A stretch of DNA of 51,543 nt, from positions 1 through 51,543 of the forward strand of contig CAZIZE010000026.1 in the NCBI GenBank assembly GCA_964543655.1. Reading direction: 5' to 3'. The notes under the pieces were generated by a model. That model worked only from the letters and a program-made list of their open reading frames with translations. It had not been told where the DNA came from and did no database searches. The stretch is from an uncultured bacterium (GTDB taxonomy: Bacteria > DYJV01). Below, piece by piece: positions 18,976-30,400 of the stretch. Position 1 is the stretch's first letter. Each line of letters starts with the position of its first letter. Made by a program: the position numbers and the translations under genes.

Positions 18976-19526
18976 AGAAAAAAATAGTATTATTTTTGAT
19001 TTTATTTTTATTTTTTAATAGTATAATTTTTTCAAAAAATATAGAGCTTCTGTTAAATAAAGAATATACTTATAAAATTTTAAAATATTTAAAAAGAGCA
19101 AAGCATGAAGTTATTATAAGCTCTTTTATGTGGTGTTGCTCTCCAGAGAAATATGGTTCATTTCCATGTAAAATTCTTGATGAGGTTATACATCTTGTTA
19201 AAAGAGGAGTGAAGGTTGAAATTATTCTTGAAACAGATATTAATTCAGATAATAGATGTAATAAAGTAATACCTCTTATTTTTAAACATACTTTACTGAA
19301 ACATTATAAAAATTTAAAAATTTTTTTCGATGACCCTTTAAAAAGGTCGCATCAAAAGATTGTATTAATAGATGGTTATATTGTATTTCTTGGTTCACAT
19401 AATATTACTCAAAGTGCCTTAAAATATAATAATGAAGTATCGGTTTTAATTAAATCAAAGGATATTTATAAAAAGCTTAAGAATTATCTTGAAAATCTAC
19501 TTGTAACAGCCACAGAAGTTTATTAA
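18972..19526 (+). CDS. Secreted single-HKD phospholipase D/Nuc-like protein
   Basis: HQKIVLID, GSHN, NNE; signal peptide. Confidence 0.82.
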   Translation: MKKKIVLFLILFLFFNSIIFSKNIELLLNKEYTYKILKYLKRAKHEVIISSFMWCCSPEKYGSFPCKILDEVIHLVKRGVKVEIILETDINSDNRCNKVIPLIFKHTLLKHYKNLKIFFDDPLKRSHQKIVLIDGYIVFLGSHNITQSALKYNNEVSVLIKSKDIYKKLKNYLENLLVTATEVY

Positions 19527-19527
19527 A

Positions 19528-21003
19528 ATGAAAAAGTTAATAGCGATTGTTTTATTGATATTTTTTGCCTCTCCAATTTCTGCTTCCATGAATGTTCAGT
19601 ATAAAAAATATAAGGTATTAATGAATCTTTGCAAATCTATGGCAGATATTCCTTGTGAACTTAAAAATTATTCATATATGTATGAATATGCTAATAAGGA
19701 ACAGAAAAAAGAGATTATATCTAAAGTTGAGAAAGTTTTAGACATGGTAAATGATTCTAATTATTATGATATAAATTTTAAACAATTTAAAAAGAATTAT
19801 ATTTATCTTATAGTAAAGTTATCAAAATTAAACTTTTCTTATGATAAAAAACTGATTAATGATGTGTTGAAAGAAGCAAAATTTTTAAATCTTGAAGAAG
19901 AGGTAAGGAGCTATATAGAAAAACATTACAGAAAAGAAGAAAAAGTTACTGAATTTCAAGAAAATTATGTAATGGGAGAAAATTTAATAATAGGTCTTAT
20001 AGTGCCACTTTCAGGTGAATTAAAAAAAATTGGAGATAAATGTTTGGAAGGAATTTTAACAGGAATTAATTTTTTTTATGGAGATAATGGAGCAGATATA
20101 TTTTTTTTTGATGAAAACAGGTTAAATGATAACTTTCCAAAAGCTAAAGAATTTTTTTATAAAAATAGAGTGAATATTTTAATTGGACCTATTAATAGAA
20201 AAGACCAGGATAATGCAGTAAAAATAGCAAAGGAGTTGGGAATCCCCATAATTTCATTAGCTATTAGCAATAAAATTTATCCTTATAAGAACTATTTTAA
20301 TCATTCATTAAACTTTAAAGATGAAATGGAGCAACTTGCTGCATATATAAAAAGAGAGAATTTAAAACTTGGAATGCTCTACCCTAATTCAGAATTTGGA
20401 AAAACATTAAAATTGGATTTTATTAATTTTTATGGTTTACCTGAAATTATTCTTTCATATTCGCCTGATGCTGTGGATTTTAAGTCTCAAATTATTGCAC
20501 TTGGTAATTTAAAAAAAGTAAACCCAAAGTTCAATGAATATGAACAGCGAAGAGATATTAATTCAGTATTTATTGCAGATGATATTGATAAAGCTCTTTT
20601 AATTATTCCTCAGTTGTATTTTTATGATTTAAATCAAATTCGTATCTTTGGAACAAACTTCTGGAATAGTAAAAATATTTTTTCTTTAGAGAAAAAGTAT
20701 TTAAAAGATATAACATTTCTTGATATAATAGATTACAATTCTAAAAATGAAACTTTTTTAAAATTTAAAAGATATTTAAAGAAATTTTTTAATGATGAAA
20801 TAGGTTATATGAATTTAATGGCTTATGATACAATAAAAATTGTTGAAAAGTGTAAAGGAGAAAATATTGAATTTTCTCAATGCATGAAAAATATAGAAGG
20901 TTTTTCTCTTTTAACAGGAAAGACAATTTTTGATGCAAATGGTATTAGTCACAAAAAATTTAAAATATTTAGAATAATTGACGGGAAATTAATGTCATAT
21001 TAA
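19528..21003 (+). CDS. LpoA/LppC-like periplasmic binding-fold protein
   Basis: Signal peptide; IGLIVPLSG, LIGP, YPNSEFG, AYD. Confidence 0.65.
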   Translation: MKKLIAIVLLIFFASPISASMNVQYKKYKVLMNLCKSMADIPCELKNYSYMYEYANKEQKKEIISKVEKVLDMVNDSNYYDINFKQFKKNYIYLIVKLSKLNFSYDKKLINDVLKEAKFLNLEEEVRSYIEKHYRKEEKVTEFQENYVMGENLIIGLIVPLSGELKKIGDKCLEGILTGINFFYGDNGADIFFFDENRLNDNFPKAKEFFYKNRVNILIGPINRKDQDNAVKIAKELGIPIISLAISNKIYPYKNYFNHSLNFKDEMEQLAAYIKRENLKLGMLYPNSEFGKTLKLDFINFYGLPEIILSYSPDAVDFKSQIIALGNLKKVNPKFNEYEQRRDINSVFIADDIDKALLIIPQLYFYDLNQIRIFGTNFWNSKNIFSLEKKYLKDITFLDIIDYNSKNETFLKFKRYLKKFFNDEIGYMNLMAYDTIKIVEKCKGENIEFSQCMKNIEGFSLLTGKTIFDANGISHKKFKIFRIIDGKLMSY

Positions 21004-21019
21004 ATTAAAGGAGTTCGAA

Positions 21020-21418
21020 ATGTTTAAAAAAGGTGAAGACAAAGGTTGTATAAAAGCTTTTTTATCCTCTGATGTTATGTTTGAAGGTAAATTTGTTTTT
21101 AAAGGCACTGTTAATCTTGACTGTAAAATTATAGGAGAGATTTTTTCTGAAGATGGCACTCTTATTGTTGGAGAAGATGGAGAAATAAATGGGATGGTTG
21201 AGGTTAAGCATCTTATGTTAAAAGGAAAAGTTGAAGGGGATATTAAAACTGAAAAACTTGAAGTTTTTTCCACAGGTAAAATAATTGGAAAGGTTTTCAC
21301 AAATTCAATTTTTATTCAAGCTGGAGCAATTTTTGAAGGAGAATGTTCTATGTTAAAAAATAATGTTGAACATAATGATGTACAATCTCCAAAAGTTGTA
21401 AAAAAAATTAATCAGTAA
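21020..21418 (+). CDS. Bactofilin (polymer-forming cytoskeletal protein)
   Basis: FEGK..F.G, G.VEGDI, I.AGAIFEG.C.M. Confidence 0.88.
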   Translation: MFKKGEDKGCIKAFLSSDVMFEGKFVFKGTVNLDCKIIGEIFSEDGTLIVGEDGEINGMVEVKHLMLKGKVEGDIKTEKLEVFSTGKIIGKVFTNSIFIQAGAIFEGECSMLKNNVEHNDVQSPKVVKKINQ

Positions 21419-21447
21419 TTTTTTATATGGCATAATCAATAATAACG

Positions 21448-21730
21448 TAGAAGTTACGCTATAGAGAGTTTTTATGTATTTAATGAAAAATTACAATTTT
21501 AACAATATTTGAAAATTTAATAATATTGGGACTGGAATGGATATAATAGTAAAAGAACTTGCAAATTTAGTAAAAAATATAGTAGATAGCTCTGCTTTCA
21601 TAGAGTTTGACCAAACAAAACTTGATGGAACCCTTAAAAAATAGTTCAACATTACTAAATTAGAAAAGTTTGATGGATGGAAATTTAACACTTCATTAAA
21701 ATGAGGGAAAAACTATATATGTGGTATATT
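21448..21730 (+). pseudogene. fcl: Decayed C-terminal fragment of GDP-L-fucose synthase (Fcl/WcaG)
   Basis: From 21522: NIGTGMDIIVKELANLVKNIV...FDQTKLDGTLKK*FNITKLEKFDGWKFNTSLK*G; stops at 21642 and 21702. Confidence 0.75.
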
Positions 21731-21747
21731 GGGAGCTGTAACGTTTA

Positions 21748-22476
21748 ATGTATATAGAAACTAAAAGAAGATCATTGTTAAAAGCTATATCTTGGCGAAT
21801 TTTTGCAACAGCAACAACAACAATAATTGTTTTTATTTTATTTAAAAGAATAGATCTTGCTATTGCTGCTGGTGTTATTGAAAGTGTTTCTAAAATTATT
21901 ATATATTTTTTTCATGAAAGGATATGGGATAAGATAAATTTTGGTAAGAAAAAGGTGGAACCATTTGTATTATGGTTTACTGGCTTACCACTTTCTGGAA
22001 AGACTACAATTGCTGATCTTGTGTTTGAGAAATTGAAATCAAAAAACAATATCCTGTTACAACGATTAGATAGTAAAGATATTAGAACTTTAATCCCAGA
22101 AATAGGCTATACGAAACCGGAAAGAATTTTACATTTAAAGAGAGTTGGATATTTAATAAAAATATTGCAAGAGAATTCCATTTCTGTTATTGCATCTTTT
22201 GTTTCACCGTACAAAGAAATTAGAGATTTTTTAAGGATGAATAATAAAAATTTTGTAGAAATATATGTTAAAGCATCTATAGAATCTTGCAAAAAGAGAG
22301 ATTTTAAAGGTTTGTATGAGAAAGCAGAGCTTGGAGAGATTAGCAATTTTACAGGTATACATGAACCATTTGAAGAACCTGAATGTGCAGATTTAATATT
22401 GGACACAGAAAAATACTCGCCTGAAGAGCTTGCTAAAGTTGTATACGATTATGTAATAAAAACATTTTTAAAATAA
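21748..22476 (+). CDS. cysC: DUF2061 membrane domain fused to an adenylyl-sulfate kinase domain
   Basis: [10 protein letters not shown]...HERIW, then [28 protein letters not shown]. Confidence 0.8.
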   Translation: MYIETKRRSLLKAISWRIFATATTTIIVFILFKRIDLAIAAGVIESVSKIIIYFFHERIWDKINFGKKKVEPFVLWFTGLPLSGKTTIADLVFEKLKSKNNILLQRLDSKDIRTLIPEIGYTKPERILHLKRVGYLIKILQENSISVIASFVSPYKEIRDFLRMNNKNFVEIYVKASIESCKKRDFKGLYEKAELGEISNFTGIHEPFEEPECADLILDTEKYSPEELAKVVYDYVIKTFLK

Positions 22477-22498
22477 GTTCTTGTTTTATGGAGTTATT

Positions 22499-23398
22499 AT
22501 GTTTTTAACACATTTAAAACTTTTAGAATATGAAAGTATTCATATTATTCGTGAGGCTGTAGCAGAAGCAGAGAATCCAGTAATGTTATATTCAATAGGC
22601 AAAGATTCTTCAGTTATGCTTCATCTTGCAATGAAAGCCTTTTATCCTGGTAAGCCACCTTTCCCATTAATGCATGTGGATACAACATGGAAATTTAAAG
22701 AAATGATTGAATTTAGAGATAAAAGAGTTAAGGAGCTTGGTCTTAATCTCATAGTTTATGTAAATGAGGAAGGCTTAGAAATGAATATAAATCCATTTAT
22801 TCATGGAAGTAAAGTTCATACTGATATTATGAAGACAGAAGCTTTAAAAAAAGCTTTAAATTATTATAAATTTGATGTTATTTTTGGTGGTGCAAGAAGA
22901 GATGAGGAAAAATCAAGAGCTAAAGAGAGAGTTTTTTCTTTTAGAGATAACAAGCATAGGTGGGAGCCTAAAAAACAGAGACCAGAGCTCTGGAATAATT
23001 TTAATTGCAAAAAAAATAAAGGGGAAAGTGTTAGGGTCTTTCCTTTATCAAACTGGACAGAGCTTGATATTTGGCTTTACATTTATCTTGAGCAAATACC
23101 AATAGTTCCTCTCTATTTTTCAAAGGAAAGGCTTGTTACTGAATATGAGGGAGCTTTAATTCTTGTAGATGATGATAGAATTCCTGAAGAATTAAGAAAA
23201 AAAGCAGAAAAAAAATGGGTACGATTTAGAACTCTTGGCTGCTATCCATTAACAGGTGCTATAGAGTCAAGGGCAACAACGTTACCAGATATTATTCAGG
23301 AGATGTTGCTAACCAAATATTCAGAACGTCAGGGACGACTTATAGATTTTGATCAGGTTGGAAGTATGGAAAGAAAGAAAATAGAAGGTTATTTTTAA
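22499..23398 (+). CDS. cysD: Sulfate adenylyltransferase subunit 2
   Basis: [33 protein letters not shown] end; ATG 22499 after GGAG. Confidence 0.96.
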   Translation: MFLTHLKLLEYESIHIIREAVAEAENPVMLYSIGKDSSVMLHLAMKAFYPGKPPFPLMHVDTTWKFKEMIEFRDKRVKELGLNLIVYVNEEGLEMNINPFIHGSKVHTDIMKTEALKKALNYYKFDVIFGGARRDEEKSRAKERVFSFRDNKHRWEPKKQRPELWNNFNCKKNKGESVRVFPLSNWTELDIWLYIYLEQIPIVPLYFSKERLVTEYEGALILVDDDRIPEELRKKAEKKWVRFRTLGCYPLTGAIESRATTLPDIIQEMLLTKYSERQGRLIDFDQVGSMERKKIEGYF

Positions 23399-23421
23399 AA
23401 AATTAGATAAAGAGTAAAAAA

Positions 23422-24981
23422 ATGAAAACCGAAAATAATAAAGAGAATAAAGAATTATCTTCAGCAACAGCTAATTTAGAATCAAAGATTCAAAATCAAA
23501 AATCATTAATAAAGAATGATATACTACAATATCTTAAACAGCACGAACAAAAGGAGCTTTTACGTTTTATTACTTGTGGTAGTGTTGATGATGGCAAAAG
23601 CACATTAATAGGGAGATTACTTTATGAGAGCAAAATGGTTTTTGAAGATCATCTTAAAGCTTTAGAAGCTGAAGCAAAATATAAAAGGACAGATGAGAAA
23701 ATAGATTTCTCTCTTTTAGTTGATGGTTTGCAAGCTGAAAGGGAGCAGGGAATAACAATAGATGTTGCTTATAGATACTTTTCTACAGAGAAAAGAAAAT
23801 TTATTATAGCTGATACACCAGGTCATGAACAGTACACAAGAAATATGGCAACCGGTGCTTCTAATGCTGACCTTGCTGTGCTTTTAGTTGATGCAAGAAA
23901 TGGAGTGTTAACACAGACTCGCAGGCATTCTTTTATTGTTACTTTATTAGGAATTAAAAATATAGTTGTTACTGTGAACAAGATGGATTTAGTTAATTAT
24001 GATGAAAATAGATTTAATAAAATTGTAAATGATTATAAAATAATGTTTGAGCAGTTAAGATATTCTCTTCCTTATAAAAATTTTAATGCTGAACTATATT
24101 TTATACCAATAAGTGCTTTAAAAGGTGATAATGTAGTTCAAAAATCAGAAAATATGCCATGGTTTTCTGGTAAAACTCTTCTTGAGTATTTAAATACAAT
24201 TAAAATTCAAAATTTTAAATCCAAAATTCAAAATTTCAGATTTCCTGTACAATATGTTAATCGCCCCAATCTTTTCTTTAGAGGGTACTGTGGTACAATT
24301 GCTGAAGGAGGAATTAAAGAAGGTGATGAAATGATAGTTTATCCATCTAAAAAAATATCAAAAGTAAAACATATTATCCCGCCATTATATAGAGAAGAGC
24401 AGAGCTCAATTTCTTTTCAAAATGGATATAAAACTTTGAAAAGTGAACACTTAAATTCAGCATATCATCCTATGGCTGTAACTTTAACCATAGAGGATGA
24501 ACTGGATATTAGTAGGGGAGATTTAATTGTTAAATCAGAAGAGAAACAGCCTAAATTTAATGATAGTTTTGAAGCATTTTTAGTATGGATGGATGAAGAA
24601 CCTTTAAAAAATAGAGAATATGTACTTAAAATCTATTCAAAAGAAGTAAATGCATTGGTAAGCAGAATTTTATTTAAGAAAGATGTAAATACTTGGGAGA
24701 AAATTGAAACAAAGACCCTTAATTTAAATGATATAGCAAGGGTTCAAATAGATCTTACAGAAAAGTTAGCTTTTGATATATATGAAGACAATAGATATAC
24801 AGGTGCTTTTATTTTAATAGATAAAATAAGCAATTTTACCTCTGCTGCTGGAATGATTGTTGGTGAGTCAACAAAGAGGAAGAAAAAGAAAATATACACT
24901 AAAGCAGAAATTGCTCTTAATAGATTTATTAGAGAGCAATTTCCTGAATGGGAATGTAAAGCAATTGAGGAAATTGAGTAA
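23422..24981 (+). CDS. cysN: Sulfate adenylyltransferase subunit 1 (GTPase)
   Basis: [37 protein letters not shown]. Confidence 0.96.
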   Translation: MKTENNKENKELSSATANLESKIQNQKSLIKNDILQYLKQHEQKELLRFITCGSVDDGKSTLIGRLLYESKMVFEDHLKALEAEAKYKRTDEKIDFSLLVDGLQAEREQGITIDVAYRYFSTEKRKFIIADTPGHEQYTRNMATGASNADLAVLLVDARNGVLTQTRRHSFIVTLLGIKNIVVTVNKMDLVNYDENRFNKIVNDYKIMFEQLRYSLPYKNFNAELYFIPISALKGDNVVQKSENMPWFSGKTLLEYLNTIKIQNFKSKIQNFRFPVQYVNRPNLFFRGYCGTIAEGGIKEGDEMIVYPSKKISKVKHIIPPLYREEQSSISFQNGYKTLKSEHLNSAYHPMAVTLTIEDELDISRGDLIVKSEEKQPKFNDSFEAFLVWMDEEPLKNREYVLKIYSKEVNALVSRILFKKDVNTWEKIETKTLNLNDIARVQIDLTEKLAFDIYEDNRYTGAFILIDKISNFTSAAGMIVGESTKRKKKKIYTKAEIALNRFIREQFPEWECKAIEEIE

Positions 24982-24982
24982 A

Positions 24983-25576
24983 ATGGATAATATTACAATA
25001 CATCCTCATATAATTACAAAAGAAGATAGAGAACGTATTAAAAAACATAAAGGCTGCATAATATGGTTAACTGGGTTAAGTGGCTCAGGAAAATCAACAA
25101 TTGCAAATGCTCTTGAAGAAAAATTAAATAAACTGAATATACATACCTATTTACTTGATGGTGATAACATTAGAAGTGGTTTAAATAAAGATTTAGGTTT
25201 TTCAAAAGAGGATAGGAATGAAAATATTCGAAGAATTGGAGAAGTTGCAAAATTGTTTGTAGATGCAGGTATTATTATTATTACAGCTTTTATTTCTCCT
25301 TTTAGAAAGGATAGAGAGTTTGTCAGAAGTCTTGTTAGTAAAAATGAATTTATAGAAGTATTTGTTGATGCTCCACTATATGTTTGTGAAAAAAGAGATC
25401 CAAAAGGGCTTTATAAAAAAGCAAGAAAAGGGGAGATTAGAGAATTTACTGGTATTGATTCCCCTTTTGAAGTGCCACTTAATCCTGAACTTCATATAAA
25501 AACTAATGAGTTATCAATCGAAGAGAGCGTTGAAAAAATAATATTATTTTTGAAAAATTTAAAATTAATTATATAA
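24983..25576 (+). CDS. cysC: Adenylyl-sulfate kinase
   Basis: [33 protein letters not shown] 24983 just after the cysN stop. Confidence 0.95.
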   Translation: MDNITIHPHIITKEDRERIKKHKGCIIWLTGLSGSGKSTIANALEEKLNKLNIHTYLLDGDNIRSGLNKDLGFSKEDRNENIRRIGEVAKLFVDAGIIIITAFISPFRKDREFVRSLVSKNEFIEVFVDAPLYVCEKRDPKGLYKKARKGEIREFTGIDSPFEVPLNPELHIKTNELSIEESVEKIILFLKNLKLII

Positions 25577-25679
25577 TTTTACTTGTCTTAAAAATTATTT
25601 TTGTGATTTAATAATCCCTTAAGCTTTTTACAAAAATTTTGTTTGATTTTTTCTCTTATATCTAATAACAGATATTTTA

Positions 25680-26453
25680 ATGTTGAAAATCGGCAAAATA
25701 AGCTATCTAAATGTTTATCCCCTTTATAACTTTGTGGAAAATTGTAAATTAATAAAAGGAGAACCATCTTATTTAAATAAATTACTTAGATATGGTGAAA
25801 TTGATGTATCCCCTTCATCATCATTTGAGTATATAAAAAATCCTAACCATTATTTAATTTTAAAAAATTTTTCAATAAGCTCCAGAAGTCGAGTATTGTC
25901 AGTAGTTGCTATTCTAAAATCTCCAATAGAGGAGTTAGAATCTCAGGATCTATTTCTCTCACCTGCATCAGCTACAACCAACGTGTTATTCCAAATTATT
26001 TTAAAGGAGTTTTATAAGTTTTCAAATGTGAGATTTAAGTATTTGAGTGAAAACAGATTTAACCAAAATGTGAATCATATTTTAATAGGTGACGAAGCTC
26101 TTAAAATTTATTTTAAAAAAAATAAAAATTATTTTATTTATGATATAGGAGAGCTTTGGTTTAAATTCACATCGCTTCCATTTGTGTTTGCTCTCTGGCT
26201 AATTAATAAAAATAGCATAAAAAATAAAGAAAAAGAATTTAATAGATTTGTTTGCAACTTAAATTATAATAAAAATCATATAGTTATCCCAGAAAAATAT
26301 GAAAATTTTACTGAGAAACAGATTAAAGAATATTTTGAGTTTTTAGATTATAATTTAACTGATTTACATTTAAAATCACTTAATATTTTTGCAGAATTAT
26401 GTTTAAAATACCATTTTATAAATAGAAAACCAGAATTTAATTTCTACAAATAG
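25680..26453 (+). CDS. mqnA: Chorismate dehydratase (futalosine pathway)
   Basis: IGKISYLN..P, V.SV, SATT, LIGD.AL, DIGELW...LPFVFALW. Confidence 0.85.
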   Translation: MLKIGKISYLNVYPLYNFVENCKLIKGEPSYLNKLLRYGEIDVSPSSSFEYIKNPNHYLILKNFSISSRSRVLSVVAILKSPIEELESQDLFLSPASATTNVLFQIILKEFYKFSNVRFKYLSENRFNQNVNHILIGDEALKIYFKKNKNYFIYDIGELWFKFTSLPFVFALWLINKNSIKNKEKEFNRFVCNLNYNKNHIVIPEKYENFTEKQIKEYFEFLDYNLTDLHLKSLNIFAELCLKYHFINRKPEFNFYK

Positions 26454-27189
26454 CTATATTTATCAAATGTGCATAAACACCTGCACCAAACCCATTATCA
26501 ATGTTGACCACAGCTATCCCAGGTGCACAGCTATTTAACATAGATAAGAGAGGAGTTACTCCATTAAAATTTGTACCATACCCTACACTTGTAGGAACTG
26601 CCACAATAGGCTTTCCAAAAATACCTGCAATTACAGATGGCAAAGCTCCTTCCATTCCAGCAACAGCTACTATTATATTAGCTCTATAAATAGAATCTTT
26701 ATATTCAAGTAATCTGTGGAGCCCTGCAATACCTACATCTGAAATAATTTCACTTTTTGACCCAAAAAATTTTAAAGTTAAGTAAGCTTCTTCAGCTACA
26801 CTTATATCAGAGGTCCCTGCTGAAATAACAGCAACATCTCCAATAAGATTTTTCTCCTTTTCATTTATAATGAGAACTTTAGATTTTGGATAATATTTCG
26901 CACTATTATATATTTTTTTTATCTTTTCTGCTTTATATTTTTGTAGTTTTGTTACAAGAACCTGTTCATCTTTTTTTAAAAAATTTTCTATTATACTTCT
27001 TATTTCCTCAAAGCTTTTATTTTTTCCAAAAATAACCTCTGGAAGCTCAGTCCTTATACTTCTGTGTGTATCAATTTTAGTATGAATAATATTTTGAAAT
27101 GGTAAAAACTTAAACTCTTCCAATGCATCTTCTGGAGAAATGTTATTTTGATACACATCTTCTAAAAGTTTTAAAATTTTCTGTTTCAT
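26437..27189 (-). CDS. larB: Nickel-pincer cofactor biosynthesis protein LarB (PurE-like)
   Basis: AGTSD..VAEEA, DVGIAGLHR, AGMEGALPS, PTSVGYG, NIDNGFGA. Confidence 0.9.
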   Translation of the reverse strand: MKQKILKLLEDVYQNNISPEDALEEFKFLPFQNIIHTKIDTHRSIRTELPEVIFGKNKSFEEIRSIIENFLKKDEQVLVTKLQKYKAEKIKKIYNSAKYYPKSKVLIINEKEKNLIGDVAVISAGTSDISVAEEAYLTLKFFGSKSEIISDVGIAGLHRLLEYKDSIYRANIIVAVAGMEGALPSVIAGIFGKPIVAVPTSVGYGTNFNGVTPLLSMLNSCAPGIAVVNIDNGFGAGVYAHLINIAICRN

Positions 27190-27255
27190 AAAAATCTCCT
27201 AAATTTTCTTTATAATTTTATAGATAATAGCTTTAATTAGAGAAAAAATCAACAA

Positions 27256-27384
27256 TGTATACTGTATACCTAAAATTGAATGCAATTATAATTGTATACA
27301 ATAATTTTATTATTTGGTAAAGTTTTTTATTGATAAAAGCATTAATTAATGATATATTAAAAAATCGTTGTTCTTTGTATACAA
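27256..27384 (+). promoter_or_regulatory. Oxidoreductase promoter (TTGATA-17-TATATT, extended -10) flanked by TTGTATACAA operators
   Basis: -35 at 27330-27335, -10 at 27353-27358; ATTGTATACAAT 27291-27302, TTGTATACAA 27375-27384, tandem TGTATAC x2 27256-27269. Confidence 0.72.
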
Positions 27385-27410
27385 TAAACATTACGAATTA
27401 GGAGATTGCA

Positions 27411-30400
27411 ATGAAAAGAGAAATTGATTTTAACTATGAATTTAATGAAAGGTTTAATGGGAAGTATCTATTTAATATAGATAGCTTTCTTGAAAACTTG
27501 AAAAAAGAGATTGGCGATGAAAATTTTCAAAAAATGAAAAAAACAGAAGAATTTATTAATGATGGCAATGCTGCTGTTGTTAATGTTCTTAAAAGGTTGG
27601 TTACTGGTCTTGTAGGTTATCCAATTACACCATCAACACCTGTTGCAGAAGGTATGGCTAAAGCTTATTCTGATGGTACCATTAATGTTTTTGGAGAAAA
27701 AATGTTTTATTTTCAGCCAGAAAGTGAGCTTGGGGCAATGGCTTTTCTTGAAGGTGCGGCATGTCAGGGTGGTAGGTTTGCTGATAATACTTCATCTCAG
27801 GGATTAACCTATAAAATAAAAAATATGTTTTCAGTAGCTGGGAAAAGATTACCTGTTTTAATGACAGTCCAGACAAGGGAGGTGAACAAAGGAAGCCTAA
27901 GTATCCACAATAGCCACACAGATCTTTATGCAGCAAGGGGCACAGGCTGGATATTGTTAATGAGTTCCAACAATCAAGAAATGCACAATTTGATACCTCT
28001 CACCTTTAAAACAATTGAGCAGAGACAGATTATGCTTCCTGCAATAGTAGCTGGTGAAGGTTTTTTGAAAAGCCATAGTATTGAAAATATAAAGGTTTTA
28101 TCAGACGAATTTTTAAGGTACTTTGTTGGGCCACCTAACAGGTTATTTCAGCCTGATTTTGAGAATCCTGTTTTGATGGGTACTTTTACTGATATTAATG
28201 TTACCATGCCCACTCAGATAAAACAGGATATTGCTATTAGAAATGTTAAAAAATATTTTAAGGCCACTATGGCAATTATGAATGAAATTTTAGGAACCAA
28301 TCTTGATGTTGTTGAAAATTATAGAACCGAGGATGCTGAGTTTACCATAGTTATGATGGGCGCTGGTTCTGAGACAATGAAAGATGTGGTGGATTATTAC
28401 AGGGATAAAGGTGTTGCTGTTGGACTTGTTAGACCTGTGCTTTTTTATCCACCTTGTATTGAAGAGATTGCTTATGGTATTCAAAATAGCAAGGTTATTA
28501 CAGTAATAGAAAAGGTTGCAGAGGCAAATGAAAGGTATCTTTATAGAGATGTAAATGAAGCATGCAAAATTTTAAACAGTAATCCTAAAATATTATCTGG
28601 TATTTATGGACTTGGTAATCAAAACCTAAGTATTGATGATTGCTGTGGATTAATTGAAAATATGATTTCAGAAAAGAAACTTGATAAATTTTTTGTTGGA
28701 ATTACTGGAACCAACTGTATAGAGCCAGTTAGAAAAGATGATTTTATATCAAAAGAAGTTGGTATGACATTTATTGGAATTGGTGCTGAAGGTGTTAAAA
28801 CTTCTCAGGAAACTCTTGCAAAAATAATTGCAAAATCTGGAAAATATGTTCAAACAAGTGCCAAGTATGGGGCTTCAAGGAAAGGTGGCATGGTTGTTAT
28901 GAATGCAAGGGTTTCAGATGAACCTATTAGAAATTGCTCCAATCTAACAGAAGTTGAAATATTATCAATATTTAATGACAAATATTTTGTTGACAACTCT
29001 TTGTTACCATTTATCAAGTCATTAAAGCCAGGTGGCTACTTAATTATTAACACAGTAAAAACTTTTAAAGAGATTTTCAATACAACAACTGAAGAGATTC
29101 AAAATATTTTTAATGAGTTTAAATTTAACATAGTTTTACTTGATGCAACAACCCATGTGTTAAAAGTGTTAAAAAGAAATTTACCTGGTACTCCTATTCT
29201 TGGGGTGATAAATAAATTAACTAAAATTTTACCAGAAGATGAATTTATTTCAATTTTTGAAAAAGAGCTCAAATCAAAATTTAAAGAGAAAAAATCTCAC
29301 CTTGTAGCAAAAAACTTAACTCTGCTAAATATTCCTTTTGATATGATCAGTGCAAATATGGAGAAAGAACCTATAAAAAAAGAGAAAAAAGATGAAATTA
29401 TAATAAAAGAAAAGTCCAGAATTACCACAGAGCTTATATTTAAACTCCCAGATTATTCATATTCAGAGCAAGATGAATTAGCAACAGTTGATTTTCCGAA
29501 TTTATATAAAGAGAAATATTATGATAAGTTTGTTAATGATGTATTAAAACCATTTCAAAGAGGTGAAAGCATTAAATGGGAAAAGTTTTTAAATATAGTT
29601 CCTGCTGCAACTTCAAAATTTAATAATGCCAGTCTTATAGGCACGCATTTACCATTATTTAGAGCAGAAAAATGTATTAACTGCGGTTTGTGTATAACAA
29701 GTTGTCCTGATAGTGCTCTTAGGTTTACAATAATAGATGAGCAAGATTATTCTAATCTTTCAGAATCACATAAAAAATTATTTAAGGAGGTAAATGAAAA
29801 AAGACTTTTAGGAGTAAATGGTAAATTAAATGAAAAATATTATTTTAATATAAATGTTGTTGACAATTATTGTAAAGGTTGCGGTTTATGTGTGAAGTCT
29901 TGTAAATTTGATGCTCTTTACCTTGAAGATAAAAATAAAATAAACAGAGAAGAATCTTGTGTGCCTTCAACTGTTTTTGAACTTGATAAATCAGATGAAG
30001 TTTTCAAATTTATATCAAATAGCAAGATTTTGCAAAAAATAATGTTAAAATATTCAGGTCAGAAATTTCTGCCAGGTGGTCATTCTCTTTGTCCAGGTTG
30101 TGGCGAGGGAATTATAGAGAGTCTTGTTTTTACAGCCACTGAAATGGTAAGGCAATCTCCTGATATTATAGAGAACACTTACAGCTCAGTACCGCAATTA
30201 CTTAAACGTTTTCAAAGTGAAAGTGTAAAACATATGATTGAAAATGGTTTTTATGTTTACACTATTAATGCAACAGGATGTGCAGAAGTATCCTGTTTGT
30301 CAAACCCATTTAATGCCAGAATTTACAATGCCGGGCATTATGGTTTTGGTACGGCAAGTGCAGCTGCCCTTGGGGCAAGAGTATCTTTGTTTAGTGCATT

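Noticed and set aside
18972-19526. PLD nuclease as an anti-phage defence gene
   Set aside because: It has a signal peptide, sits in an envelope operon, and has no helicase or methylase partner
21491-21691. 66-aa minus-strand ORF
   Set aside because: It is antisense to the recognisable fcl pseudogene fragment
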